Assembly (NCBI GenBank): GCA_963716395.1
Contig: OY970309.1
Span: 3,690,784 to 3,754,783, forward strand
Direction of reading: 5' to 3'
From: an uncultured Fibrobacteria bacterium
Lineage (GTDB): Bacteria > Fibrobacterota > Fibrobacteria > UBA11236
DNA: 64,000 nt
In this document: piece after piece, positions 29,969-39,546 of the stretch
How the letters are laid out: each line of letters begins with the position of its first letter
How positions within the stretch are numbered: position 1 is the stretch's first letter
Made by a program: the position numbers and the translations under genes
The notes under the pieces: generated by a model
What the model was told of the DNA's origin: nothing
Database searches by the model: none
Seen by the model: only the letters and a program-made list of their open reading frames with translations

Positions 29969-29983
29969 GGGAGAAGCAGGAAA

Positions 29984-31120
29984 CTATAAAAACCGGGGAT
30001 GCCGACGCAGCCAGCCGGCGAGGTTCCAGTCCGGTTCTTGGCCGTCGCCGCGCAGGAACAACCCGAATCCCGGCAGGGTGGCGGCGCGATGCCACCCCGC
30101 GGCCAGATCCACATGCTCCTGCGACTGCGTCGCGGCCGCTCCCAGGTTTTGCAGGTGTTGTGCCAGGTATTCCTGCTCGGACTGTCCGGGCGTGGGTACC
30201 AGCAGCACTCCGTTTTTACCCAGTCCCGCCAATTCCATCACCGAAGTGTAGCCCGAGCGGCAGACCACGTGGTGCGCAGACTCGAGCAACCGCTGCAAAA
30301 CCGGTCCCGGCAAATGATCGAAAACATTCAGTTCGCCCGCTCGCAAGGCGGCTGCGGATGACGCGGTCCCGCCCGGCAACCCGCGCACCAGGACGCGCGT
30401 GCCCGGCCACGATTCCAATTGGCGGCGGAGCAAAGCTTCGAACACACTGCGCTGCGGTTCCGGTCCGCTGGCCCAAGCCAAAACCTCCAGGCCATCCGAA
30501 GCGGATGCGGGCGGAGCGCGCCTCCACTCCAGGTCTTCCGGCCGGTAGCGGCATAGCGGATAGATATACTGAGCGCGGGGCCAGCTTTTGCCGGGATGCG
30601 AAAGACGCCCGGCCAAATTGCGGGAGCCGGGAAAATCGGGCACCCATATCTCGCGAAAGCCGCGCAAGGCCAGGCGGTTCAAGGCGCCGAGAGCACGCCG
30701 CCCCCAAGGCCGCAGCCAAACCGGGCCCGGCGGTTCGATATCGAGCTGATGGGTTACGAACACGCAGGGCACGCGGCGCGTGCGCAAGCCATAGCGGCCA
30801 TCGGCGATCACCAAGCCGACGCCATGCCGGCGCACCAAAGCCGGAAGGCGAAGCCAATCGCGCAGCATGGAGGCGAAAAAAAACGGTAGTTGCAGCAGCA
30901 ACCACAGCGGCAGCCAAAAACGCGACTTGGAATAGCGCATGGAATACGACGCGAGGGTTTCCATCGGCACATCGGGAAACTCGCTGTGCAACAAAAGCCG
31001 GCCCGGGCCGTCGGCGCCGAGCACGACTTCATGCCCGGCCGCGCGCAAGGCGCGCACGATGGGAATGCAGCGGGTGGCATGGCCCAAACCCCAATTGAGC
31101 GGAGCGATGAAAACGCGCAT
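29984..31120 (-). CDS. GT-B glycosyltransferase (GT28-like)
   Basis: PLNWGLGHATR, SGPEPQR, RSGYTSVME, PTPGQSEQEYLA. Confidence 0.88.
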   Translation of the reverse strand: MRVFIAPLNWGLGHATRCIPIVRALRAAGHEVVLGADGPGRLLLHSEFPDVPMETLASYSMRYSKSRFWLPLWLLLQLPFFFASMLRDWLRLPALVRRHGVGLVIADGRYGLRTRRVPCVFVTHQLDIEPPGPVWLRPWGRRALGALNRLALRGFREIWVPDFPGSRNLAGRLSHPGKSWPRAQYIYPLCRYRPEDLEWRRAPPASASDGLEVLAWASGPEPQRSVFEALLRRQLESWPGTRVLVRGLPGGTASSAAALRAGELNVFDHLPGPVLQRLLESAHHVVCRSGYTSVMELAGLGKNGVLLVPTPGQSEQEYLAQHLQNLGAAATQSQEHVDLAAGWHRAATLPGFGLFLRGDGQEPDWNLAGWLRRHPRFL

Positions 31121-31129
31121 GGCTAAAGC

Positions 31130-31900
31130 TCACCCGGCCGCGGCGCAGCGCAGCATGCCTTCCACTCCGGGGTAAACCGCCCGCCAGTAGCGTTCGCGTT
31201 CACTGCGCCATTGCCGGCGCACCGTGTCGAGGTGATCGTCGGGCAAGGCTCCGTGGTGCGGATGCCGATCGGGCTCGGGATGGTAGGGTAACTCCAGGGT
31301 TACAAGGGCCGGAGCTTCGGCGGGCCGGCAAAAGCTGCCCAAGCTGCCCGGCAAGGGCCGGCTTCGTTCCACGCGCAGGCGGAATTGCCGGCGCGCCGCA
31401 GCGTCCAGCCCCTGCCACATGCCCTGCGCCAAAGCGGCGGCGCGATCGCCGTCGGCGTCGATTTCGCTCAGGGCCCAATGCAGGCTGACGATGCGCGTGG
31501 GACGCAGCCGGGTGATGAGTTCGTACAACAACCGCGTTTCGGGCTCCGACAATGGGGCCTCTCCCGGCGGTTCATCGGCCGACGCGCTCCAATGCTCGGG
31601 CAGATTGCGGTTGAGATCGACGCCGCGCGCATTGTAACGGCTCTCGCGGGCATAGCCGTCGGGGTTGAGCAGCGGCAGCACGGCCAGCGGACCCAAGCCG
31701 GAGCCGCCGCCCTCGGATTCCAGGTGATCCGCGATGAAGGCTTCGAGAAAAGGCACGGTGGCGCTTTCGTCGCCATGCGTGCCGCCGAGGAACAAAGTCC
31801 AGTCCGCGCCGGCCTGGTCGGTGGCGAAGTTCGCGCACACCCGAATGGGTCGCCCTTCGAGCGATGTTCCCAATTCGTTCCAACCTGGGCGCAATTCCAT
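31130..31900 (-). CDS. mpaA: Murein tripeptide amidase MpaA-like (M14 carboxypeptidase)
   Basis: GGTHGDE, NPDG, RYNARGVDLNRN, SEPET, SLH, LELP; ATG 31900 preceded by TAGAAT. Confidence 0.8.
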   Translation of the reverse strand: MELRPGWNELGTSLEGRPIRVCANFATDQAGADWTLFLGGTHGDESATVPFLEAFIADHLESEGGGSGLGPLAVLPLLNPDGYARESRYNARGVDLNRNLPEHWSASADEPPGEAPLSEPETRLLYELITRLRPTRIVSLHWALSEIDADGDRAAALAQGMWQGLDAAARRQFRLRVERSRPLPGSLGSFCRPAEAPALVTLELPYHPEPDRHPHHGALPDDHLDTVRRQWRSERERYWRAVYPGVEGMLRCAAAG

Positions 31901-31984
31901 GGGACGCAATTCTACTTGGTCGAGGAAGATGTTAAAAGTATGAGGCACTTCCCTGGGTTTTTCTGGCGGAGATCAAATACGCTG

Positions 31985-32064
31985 CGACAAGCTCAACGCG
32001 CAGTTCCAGCGTGCTCTACGGCGGGTGAGCCCGTCGAACCCGCTGCAAAGCACAGAGCTTGTCG
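31985..32064. repeat. Cluster of REP-like palindromic units
   Basis: CGACAAGCTC (31985) is inverted with GAGCTTGTCG (32055) and encloses GCGGGT-GAGCCCGTCGA-ACCCGC (32021-32043). Confidence 0.75.
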
Positions 32065-32092
32065 AATCAATTATGTTCTTGGCCCATCTTCC

Positions 32093-33148
32093 ATGATCAC
32101 CGTTTATTCCGTCCGCAAATTCTTGCCGGCGCGCCGGGTGTTCCGCACCGCCCGCCAGGTCAAAACCGGTGTGGAAAACGTGTTTCTGGTGCTGAGCCAG
32201 GACAAGGTACGCGGTTTCGGCGAGGCCAGCCCGAATCGCTACTTCGGCGTCGATGCCGAAAGCGTGCACCTGCAATTGTCCGGCCTAGCGGATTTTCTGC
32301 GGCGACAAACCCTGCGCGCTTCCAGCGACATTGCCCGCATCGGCGGGACCGCGCAACGCCAGGCCGGACTTTCGCCGGCCGCCTGCTGCGCCCTGGACAC
32401 GGCCTTGTGGGATTTGTGGGGAAAATTGGATCATCGCGCCGCCGCCCGGATTTTATGGGCGGAAAAGCCCGTGTCCTTTCTCACCTCGGTGACCCTGAGC
32501 GCGTCGTGCCCCGAAGAATCGCCCGAAGACTTCGAGGCACGCCTGGAAGAAGTGCGCGGCTTTCCCTGCGTCAAGGTCAAGCTCGACGCCTCCGGCGATC
32601 TCACGGCCTTGCGGCGTCTACGCGCAGTGGGCGTGCCGCGGTTGCGGGTCGACGCCAATGCGTCGTGGACGCCGGACCAATGCCGGGCGCTGCTCCCCGA
32701 TCTGCGGGAACTGGGCGTCGAAGCCCTGGAGCAGCCGTTGCCGCCGGAATTGGATGAAGAAATGATGGAAATCACAAAGAACTCTCCCCTACCCGTGATT
32801 GCCGACGAAAGCTGCGTCGACGCCGAAGACGTGCGGCGCCTGGCGCCCCTGTTTTCGGGTGTGAACATCAAATTGGTGAAATGCGGAGGCCTGACGGCGG
32901 GCGTTGCCATGCTGCGCCTGGCGCGGCAATTGGGACTAAAAATCATGGTGGGGTGCATGCTTGAATCCAGCGTGCTCATCGCCGCCGGTCTGGCCCTGGC
33001 CCAATCCGCCGAATGGGCCGATTTGGACGGGCAATGGCTGCTGGCCGCCGACCCCTTTGCAGGGCTGGGTTTTGCCGATGGGCAACTGATGCCGAGCGAA
33101 AAACCGGGCCTGGGGGTTCGCTTGCGTGGTCGGCCGGACCGAGGGTAG
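32093..33148 (+). CDS. L-Ala-D/L-Glu dipeptide epimerase (enolase superfamily)
   Basis: GFGEA, KVKL, VDAN, LEQP, ADES, NIKLVKCGG, GCMLES, DLDG. Confidence 0.9.
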   Translation: MITVYSVRKFLPARRVFRTARQVKTGVENVFLVLSQDKVRGFGEASPNRYFGVDAESVHLQLSGLADFLRRQTLRASSDIARIGGTAQRQAGLSPAACCALDTALWDLWGKLDHRAAARILWAEKPVSFLTSVTLSASCPEESPEDFEARLEEVRGFPCVKVKLDASGDLTALRRLRAVGVPRLRVDANASWTPDQCRALLPDLRELGVEALEQPLPPELDEEMMEITKNSPLPVIADESCVDAEDVRRLAPLFSGVNIKLVKCGGLTAGVAMLRLARQLGLKIMVGCMLESSVLIAAGLALAQSAEWADLDGQWLLAADPFAGLGFADGQLMPSEKPGLGVRLRGRPDRG

Positions 33149-33157
33149 ATTTAGGCC

Positions 33158-33709
33158 ATGGAAAAGCCCGCATCCGAAGCCCCGACCGTACTCACGCGCG
33201 GCCATCCCGTGCTGGCGCGTCGATCCGATCCGGTGTCGGATCTCCGCTCCTCCGAGTTTCAGGAATTTCTCGACACGCTGATTCAGAGCGGGGAAAAAAA
33301 TCTCGGCGTGGGCATTGCCGCGCCGCAAGTGGGAAAAAATTTACGCGCCTTTATATTGGCCCCCAAACCATCCCCTCGCTATCCCGACGCCCCATACTGG
33401 GATCCCACGCCCATCATCAACCCGGAAATTCTGGAAACCTTCGGACCGCGGGAAAAAAGTTGGGAAGGCTGTCTCAGCGTGCCGGGGTTCCGGGGCCGGG
33501 TTCCGCGGCATCAGGGCCTACGCGTGCGGTATCTGAATCGCTTCGGAGACGCGCAGGAAGCCGTGTTCGCAGACTTCGTGGCCCGTATCTTCCAGCACGA
33601 ATTCGATCATCTCGAAGGCATTCTTTATCCCGAACGCATGGACAAAGAAGATCGCCTGCTGGATTTGGAAGAGTTTTTCGCCGAAACCGGCGTGCGCGTT
33701 CCGCGTTGA
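33158..33709 (+). CDS. def: Peptide deformylase
   Basis: GVGIAAPQVG, EGCLS, QHEFDHLEG. Confidence 0.96.
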   Translation: MEKPASEAPTVLTRGHPVLARRSDPVSDLRSSEFQEFLDTLIQSGEKNLGVGIAAPQVGKNLRAFILAPKPSPRYPDAPYWDPTPIINPEILETFGPREKSWEGCLSVPGFRGRVPRHQGLRVRYLNRFGDAQEAVFADFVARIFQHEFDHLEGILYPERMDKEDRLLDLEEFFAETGVRVPR

Positions 33710-33777
33710 GAACCCGGCGCCGCGAGCGAACGATTCCGTTCGCCTGCGTCGGACCTTAGTGTGTATGAACCCGAAAA

Positions 33778-33900
33778 CCCATCCCGGTACTCGTCAAGCC
33801 GGAACACGGCACATGGTTGTGACGCTTACCGTTGCTGCTTTCGCCCTGGCGGGGTTCAGCTCTGCCCCATTGCGTGGGGCCTGCCTTTCCCGGGATGAGC
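33778..33900 (-). ncRNA. ffs: Small bacterial SRP RNA (4.5S)
   Basis: Minus strand CACGCAATGG...GAACCCCGCCAGG-GCGAAAGC-AGCAACGGTAAGC...CCATGTGCCGTG; closing stem CATCCCGG/CCGGGATG; directly downstream of tadA; TATTTT 6 nt upstream. Confidence 0.88.
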
Positions 33901-33904
33901 GGCT

Positions 33905-34471
33905 TTAAAATACTTCTTCGCCACCCGATGAAACGCGGGGATTTTGTAGCGGCGCTCCGGCCGGTTTTTTCTTTTGCACGCGCGTGCGTTGAAAAAAATC
34001 CACCACCACTCCCAGACATTCACCTTCGAATATTCCGCCGCTGACCTGAACCACGCGATGGATGGGGTTGTCGCGCAAAATTTCATAGGCCGATCCCACC
34101 GCCCCCAGGCGTTTGTCGCGGGCCCCGAAGACCAGACGGGAGATGCGCGCATTGAGCACGGCGCCGGCGCACATGGGACAGGGCTCCAAAGTGGCGTACA
34201 AGGTGCAGCCGTCGAGCCGCCAATTCTGCAAGGCCTGGCAGGCGGCGCCGATGGCCAGGATTTCCGCATGCGCGGTGGGATCGCGCAAGGTTTCCATGCG
34301 ATTGTGATCGCGCCCCAGCACCTTGCCGTCGCGCGCGATGACGCAGCCGATGGGAACCTCGCCCTCTTCACCCCCCTGGCGCGCCTCTTCCAACGCCAGA
34401 CGCATGAAATGCGCATCGAGGCCTGGCGGCGATTGGCCCGTCATCGAGCTCTCCGGATTTTCTTGTTCCAT
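33905..34471 (-). CDS. tadA: tRNA adenosine-34 deaminase
   Basis: EVPIG, DPTAHAE, TLEPCPMCAGA. Confidence 0.95.
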   Translation of the reverse strand: MEQENPESSMTGQSPPGLDAHFMRLALEEARQGGEEGEVPIGCVIARDGKVLGRDHNRMETLRDPTAHAEILAIGAACQALQNWRLDGCTLYATLEPCPMCAGAVLNARISRLVFGARDKRLGAVGSAYEILRDNPIHRVVQVSGGIFEGECLGVVVDFFQRTRVQKKKPAGAPLQNPRVSSGGEEVF

Positions 34472-34475
34472 AGGA

Positions 34476-36182
34476 TTAATGATAGAGAATTACGCGGTTG
34501 CGACCAGTTTCTTTGGCTTTATACAAAGCCTTGTCGGCTTTTTCGAGCAATTCCTTGCCGTAATGCGCGTCGTCAGGAAACAACGCGCCGCCGATGCTCA
34601 AGGTGGCGCGAAAGCGCGCCGGACCCGCGTCGAATTCCTTGGCTTCCAGGCTGCGGCGGATGCGTTCGGCCGTATCGCGGGCCCCGGCGGCGTCGGAATC
34701 GGGCAGCATGCACACGAATTCTTCGCCGCCGTAGCGCGCCACTACGTCGATGCCGGCGCGCACGCTTTGGGACAGAAGCAGGGCGGTTTCCCGCAGCACC
34801 AGGTCGCCCACCGGATGTCCGTAACTGTCATTCACCTTCTTGAAAAAATCGATGTCCATCATCAGTACGGCCACCCGCTGTCCGCTACGCTGCGCCCGCA
34901 GCAATTCATCGCGGAAACGCTCTTGAAAGGCGCGGTGGTTGAGCATGCCGGTGAGGCCGTCGCGGCTGGCCAGTTCTTCTTTTTCCTGATAGAGATGGGC
35001 GCGGCTGAGCGCAAATCCGGCGGCACGCGCCAAGGTGGTCAGCAGACTTTGGGTGGCTTCGGAGAAACGCGCGGCCTTGGCCGACTCCACGCACAGCGCC
35101 ATATGCACGCCGCGATCGGTGGGTACGGGCACGGCCAGCAGGTTGCGCAAGGCGGCGCTGTAGGGCTCGCGCGGACTCAGGCGGAACACGGGCGGTCCCT
35201 TCAACACGCGGTTCAAGGCCTGTTCCTTTTCGAAAACCAGGTGCAGCAGTCCGCCTTCGCTGAGCGCGAAGCGAAAGCCGCGCAAGCGCGCGGCGTCGAC
35301 GCCTTCGGCCGCCGCGACCAAGGCCTGATCCGACCCCGGTTCCAAGCGCGCGGCCACGAAAATACGGTCGGCGTCGAAGGATTCGCGCAAATACTCGCAG
35401 AGCACCGCCACGATTTTTTCCTCGGACATGTTCTCGAGAAAACGGCGTTGGTAGCGCGAAAAGTGCTGAAGCTGCTCGTGGTTTTGCACGTATTCAAAAG
35501 ACAGATAGGCGTGATAGGCCAGCATGCCAAGGCAGCGGGCGCAACCTTCCAACCGTTCCAGCGCCGCGGCGGAAAAAGCCTGCGACTCCCGGCTGTCCAG
35601 GAATAACGCCCCGCGCCGCACCCCTGCGGCCAGCACCGGCACGGCGGCCAACGAGCGAATGCCTTCGTCGCGGCCGTAATAATACAGTTGCTCGGATCCG
35701 GTGGGAATATCGCCTTCGAATACCCGGGCCGTATCTTCTTTCATCAGCCGTCCCACCAAACCGCGCGGGGCCGTCAGAACGGCGCCCGGAAGCAACGAAG
35801 GGGCGGCGCTGATCCACACGCGCAAATACCAGCCTTCGCGGCCGGGAAAGAAAATCCCGGCGGTAAGGGTTTGCGGAAAGGCCTCTTTCAGCACGGCCAG
35901 CAAATCCTGCATGACCTCGTCCAAGCCCTGCTCCAGAGCCTTCAATTCCTGGCTGCGCAGCCCGGAAGCGGCCGGCGCGCGTTCGGGCTCGGCGGCAGAG
36001 GAAGAAGGCAGGCGCAGAAAGCTTTGAGTATTGGTTTCGGGACGCGGTTCCGCCGGCGGCGGCGCCGGCGGCGGAACCGACCGCGACGACGGCCGCCGAC
36101 GCCACAGCATCGCCACACCGAATCCCAGGCACAGGCCGACCGCGAGGGCGGCAAAGGTCAGACCCGTACCGCCCGCCACCAC
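34476..36182 (-). CDS. Membrane-anchored GAF-GAF-GGDEF diguanylate cyclase
   Basis: N-terminal TM helix, two GAF-like regions, DGLTG..N, DIDFFKKVNDSYGH, RYGGEEF. Confidence 0.92.
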   Translation of the reverse strand: MVAGGTGLTFAALAVGLCLGFGVAMLWRRRPSSRSVPPPAPPPAEPRPETNTQSFLRLPSSSAAEPERAPAASGLRSQELKALEQGLDEVMQDLLAVLKEAFPQTLTAGIFFPGREGWYLRVWISAAPSLLPGAVLTAPRGLVGRLMKEDTARVFEGDIPTGSEQLYYYGRDEGIRSLAAVPVLAAGVRRGALFLDSRESQAFSAAALERLEGCARCLGMLAYHAYLSFEYVQNHEQLQHFSRYQRRFLENMSEEKIVAVLCEYLRESFDADRIFVAARLEPGSDQALVAAAEGVDAARLRGFRFALSEGGLLHLVFEKEQALNRVLKGPPVFRLSPREPYSAALRNLLAVPVPTDRGVHMALCVESAKAARFSEATQSLLTTLARAAGFALSRAHLYQEKEELASRDGLTGMLNHRAFQERFRDELLRAQRSGQRVAVLMMDIDFFKKVNDSYGHPVGDLVLRETALLLSQSVRAGIDVVARYGGEEFVCMLPDSDAAGARDTAERIRRSLEAKEFDAGPARFRATLSIGGALFPDDAHYGKELLEKADKALYKAKETGRNRVILYH

Positions 36183-37231
36183 AGCAACAAACCTACGGGC
36201 GCGAACAGCAAATTGCCGAACCAGGCCGCGAGCCGAGGCGGTAGGGTGCCGTTCTCACCCATCACCAAGCCCAGCCGTAAGGCCACGTAATACACGAAGG
36301 TGATGAGCAACGCGATGCCGAAATTACGGGCCAACCCCGTGCGCACGGTGTTGACGGCCAGAGCCGCGCCCATCAAAGCCATGAAAAAATTCACCCAGGC
36401 GCTGGCGATGCGGAAATGCCAATCGGTCATCAGCGCATAAGCCGGCTCGCCGTTGCGCACCGCGATGGCGGCGCGGCGCCGCAATTCGGCCATGGGCATT
36501 TCCTCGGGATAGACGCGATCGTCGAGCAGATCCCCGGGGCGATCCTTGAAATCGGCGAAGCGCCAGGTGTGGAAGGATTCGGCCCGCACGGAATCGCCCC
36601 GGAATTCCCGGCGGATTCCCTGCATAAAAACCCAACCATGATCCCAGCGCAATTGCGCCGCGTCGATGCGCAATACCGGCAGGCCATGGTGAAAACGAAA
36701 GGCGGTCACATTATCGCCTTGCTTGCGGCTGCCGGAATAGTATTGAAAGAAGAGCTGGGTGCCGTCTTGGCCCGTGTACAGAAATTCGGTTCTGTCATGG
36801 GGATCACCGCCGAAATTGGTTTCTTCGTTGCTGGGCTCGCTGATCTGGTAGCGGCGATAATTGGCCTCGGGCAGCACCCGATCCTGAAACCAGAACATAA
36901 AGGCGCTGAGCCCAAGGCCCGCGATCAGGATGGGCGCCAGAATACGCGTCACCGATACCCCCGCGGCGCGCAGCGCCACTAGTTCCAAGTGCTTGGCGAG
37001 CGCGCCCACCGAAAACACCGCGGCCAAGAGCAGGGCGATGGGGCAAACCAGGTAGGCGATGTAGGGCAAGTAGTTCAAGTAATAGTGGTAGCGATCGGCG
37101 GGCGGCCGCGACAGCCAGATGCGGGAGTTGCCCACAAAGTCGATGATGACGAAGATCAGCACCGAAGAAGCAAAGCACAGCAGGAACAATCCTGCGAAGG
37201 CCTTGAGCACGTGGCGGGTGTAAATTTTCAC
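36158..37231 (-). CDS. lptG: LPS export permease (LptG-type)
   Basis: ELVALRAAGVS motif, 3+3 TM layout, tandem with a paralogue; GTG overlaps its stop. Confidence 0.85.
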   Translation of the reverse strand: MKIYTRHVLKAFAGLFLLCFASSVLIFVIIDFVGNSRIWLSRPPADRYHYYLNYLPYIAYLVCPIALLLAAVFSVGALAKHLELVALRAAGVSVTRILAPILIAGLGLSAFMFWFQDRVLPEANYRRYQISEPSNEETNFGGDPHDRTEFLYTGQDGTQLFFQYYSGSRKQGDNVTAFRFHHGLPVLRIDAAQLRWDHGWVFMQGIRREFRGDSVRAESFHTWRFADFKDRPGDLLDDRVYPEEMPMAELRRRAAIAVRNGEPAYALMTDWHFRIASAWVNFFMALMGAALAVNTVRTGLARNFGIALLITFVYYVALRLGLVMGENGTLPPRLAAWFGNLLFAPVGLLLWWRAVRV

Positions 37232-38634
37232 GCCGCCGCCCTGCGCCCGCCGAAGCGCCCCAGTACCGCTTTGAGCCGACGCCAGGGCGACTTGGCGGCG
37301 GTTACGTAGCGTTCGCGCAGCATGCGGCCGGTGAGCCAAAGCCCCGCGGCACCCACGATCAGATTGGGGCCCCACATCGCCAGCCAGGGGGAAATGATGA
37401 GGCGATCGGCCAAAGCCTCACCGCGAATCAGCCCGACCCAATACAACAGGAAAAAGAAAATGCTGTACAGCACGCCGGTACCGATGCCTCCGCGCCGGGC
37501 CATGATACCCAGGGGCGCTCCGATCAACACAAACACCAGGCAGGCCACGGGGATGGAAAACTTCTTATGGATTTCCACGGAGTATTGGCTGATTTCGCGC
37601 CGCTCGTTGTCGGCGCGGTTTTGATAGCGCTCGATATTGTAGAACTTGTCGTTTTCCATCCGCCGGACTTGGGCGAAGGTATTCGGCGTCAACTTCACCA
37701 GTCGGGTCCACGGCGTGGCCAGCAGCCGCGGCACAACCGCCGAGGAATCGGCGGAGAATTGAATGTCCATGGCATGCAAGTCATCGAAAATTTTATCGCG
37801 GTACTCGCCCCGCAAATCGTGCAGCCTTTGCCGGCTTTCGCGCACAATGGCCTGCATGGCTTCAACCGACATTTCCCGATCGGTGCGGTAGCTGCGGTTC
37901 TCGTGTTCCAAGGCCGCGTCGACATTGTCGATGGCCACGGTTTGCCGGGCGAAATGGATGCGGATATACCCTTGCGGATCGCGTTGCTCCACGGCCTGGT
38001 TCTCGCCATGCCGCAGGTGGATGAGAATGGTTTTGCCGCCATTGACGTATTCCATCGAGGCTGAATCGGCATAGGTGTAGCGAATGGGTTTGCCCGGGTC
38101 CTGCTGGTATATGCGCACCCCATACAGCATACCCCGCTTGTCGTCCAGCCGGTCAATCCAAATCTGGTATCCCTGAAAATCGCGAATCAGCCGCCGCGCT
38201 TCGATCAGGGCCGTGGGCTTCTTGCGGCTGATGTCATTGCGCAATTCGGCCGCGCGGTAATTGGCGTCCGGAAGCACGCGGTCGTTAAACCACACCATGG
38301 CGATGCCGAGCGCCAAGGCCACGGCCAACACCGGAACCATGGCCCGCAACGGGGAAACCCCCAAGGCGCGCAGCGCCGTCACCTCGTTGTCGGCCGACAG
38401 GCGTCCGAAGGCCATCAGCGCAGCCACCAGCACGGCCATGGGAATGGAAAGCGCCAGCATCCAAGCGAGGTTGAGCACGATGATTTCGATCACCACGCCC
38501 GGCTCCAATCCCTTGCTCAAAATGGAGGAGAGAATGCGGATCAGAAAATCGACGAGAAAAAGAAAAGTGATGACGAACAAGGCATAGCAGAAAGGCGCGA
38601 AATGCTCCTTGAGGATATACCTTGTAAGCAACAT
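37228..38634 (-). CDS. lptF: LPS export permease (LptF-type)
   Basis: LTRYILKE, GRLSADNEVTALRALGVS, EIHKKFSIP. Confidence 0.88.
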   Translation of the reverse strand: MLLTRYILKEHFAPFCYALFVITFLFLVDFLIRILSSILSKGLEPGVVIEIIVLNLAWMLALSIPMAVLVAALMAFGRLSADNEVTALRALGVSPLRAMVPVLAVALALGIAMVWFNDRVLPDANYRAAELRNDISRKKPTALIEARRLIRDFQGYQIWIDRLDDKRGMLYGVRIYQQDPGKPIRYTYADSASMEYVNGGKTILIHLRHGENQAVEQRDPQGYIRIHFARQTVAIDNVDAALEHENRSYRTDREMSVEAMQAIVRESRQRLHDLRGEYRDKIFDDLHAMDIQFSADSSAVVPRLLATPWTRLVKLTPNTFAQVRRMENDKFYNIERYQNRADNERREISQYSVEIHKKFSIPVACLVFVLIGAPLGIMARRGGIGTGVLYSIFFFLLYWVGLIRGEALADRLIISPWLAMWGPNLIVGAAGLWLTGRMLRERYVTAAKSPWRRLKAVLGRFGGRRAAA

Positions 38635-38659
38635 GCGGCTTGAATATACTACAAGCGCC

Positions 38660-39541
38660 ATGCGGCCCATCGTGCGCATTCGACCACGTCGCGCCGCCCT
38701 CCTTTTGCCGGCGGCGATCTTGGGCGCGTTGCTGCTGTACGGTTGCGCCGATATGAAGCCCCGGCCGACGCCGCCCAACGCCGCGCGATCGCCGATCGAC
38801 CCCGAGACGCTCAAAGAGAATGCCGACGAGGCCCTCAAACTGGCGCAGGAAAACCGCCTCGACCTCCAAGCCTTGACGTCGCGCGTCAAGGATCTCGAAA
38901 CCCAGGTCGAAACGCTTTCGGAACAATTCGCCTCGCTGCCGGCGGGAAAAATCGGAGCCGAAGGAACCGCCCTGGATTCGCTTCGGCTGCGCGTCGCAGC
39001 CCTGGAAGCGCACCTCGCCAAATCCGGAACCGCCGGAAGTAAACTCTCGACGTTTTCACCCGGCCCCCCGGACCTGGACCAAGCCACGCCTTCACCCGCC
39101 CAGGTCGCCGGCACCTTGCCTGAACCGAAACCAGCCGTGCAACGGAAAAAGGTTTCGGCCCCCGAGGCCGCGCTGTACCAAAAGGCCTTCAACCTCTTCT
39201 ACGCCCGCAATTACACCGGCGCCATTCCGCTTTTTGAAGAGTTGCGCGACAAGTATCCGCGGGGCGGCTATGCCGATAATGCGGTGTATTGGATGGGCGA
39301 ATGCCAATATGCCCTGGGTAATTTCACCCAAGCCATCGCGTCCTTCCGCAAAGTGTTTAGCTATTCTGGAACCGAAAAGGCCGATGATGCGCAGTTGAAA
39401 CTGGGATATTGCTATTTGCGGCTCGGAGACCGGAAAACGGCCGCCGACGAATTCCGCAAAGTTGTATCTTTGTACCCCAACAGCGAATACCGGGAACGCG
39501 CCCAAAGCGAACTGGCCAAATTGGAATCCTCGAGTCCCTAA
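38660..39541 (+). CDS. cpoB: Tol-Pal associated CpoB/YbgF-like lipoprotein
   Basis: Lipobox LLYG|C, coiled coil, TPRs (YP...YADNAVYWMGE, KADDAQLKLG). Confidence 0.85.
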   Translation: MRPIVRIRPRRAALLLPAAILGALLLYGCADMKPRPTPPNAARSPIDPETLKENADEALKLAQENRLDLQALTSRVKDLETQVETLSEQFASLPAGKIGAEGTALDSLRLRVAALEAHLAKSGTAGSKLSTFSPGPPDLDQATPSPAQVAGTLPEPKPAVQRKKVSAPEAALYQKAFNLFYARNYTGAIPLFEELRDKYPRGGYADNAVYWMGECQYALGNFTQAIASFRKVFSYSGTEKADDAQLKLGYCYLRLGDRKTAADEFRKVVSLYPNSEYRERAQSELAKLESSSP

Positions 39542-39546
39542 TCTCC

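Noticed and set aside
33862-33880. GCCCCA-CGCAA-TGGGGC read as helix 6 of a large SRP RNA
   Set aside because: The same bases fit the standard small-SRP long stem with CCATGTGCCGTG, and no Alu domain is present
37228-39192. 654-aa version of lptF and similar long 5' extensions (der, ubiE, ligA, epimerase)
   Set aside because: The extensions overlap neighbouring genes or repeats; family-typical N-termini begin at downstream starts
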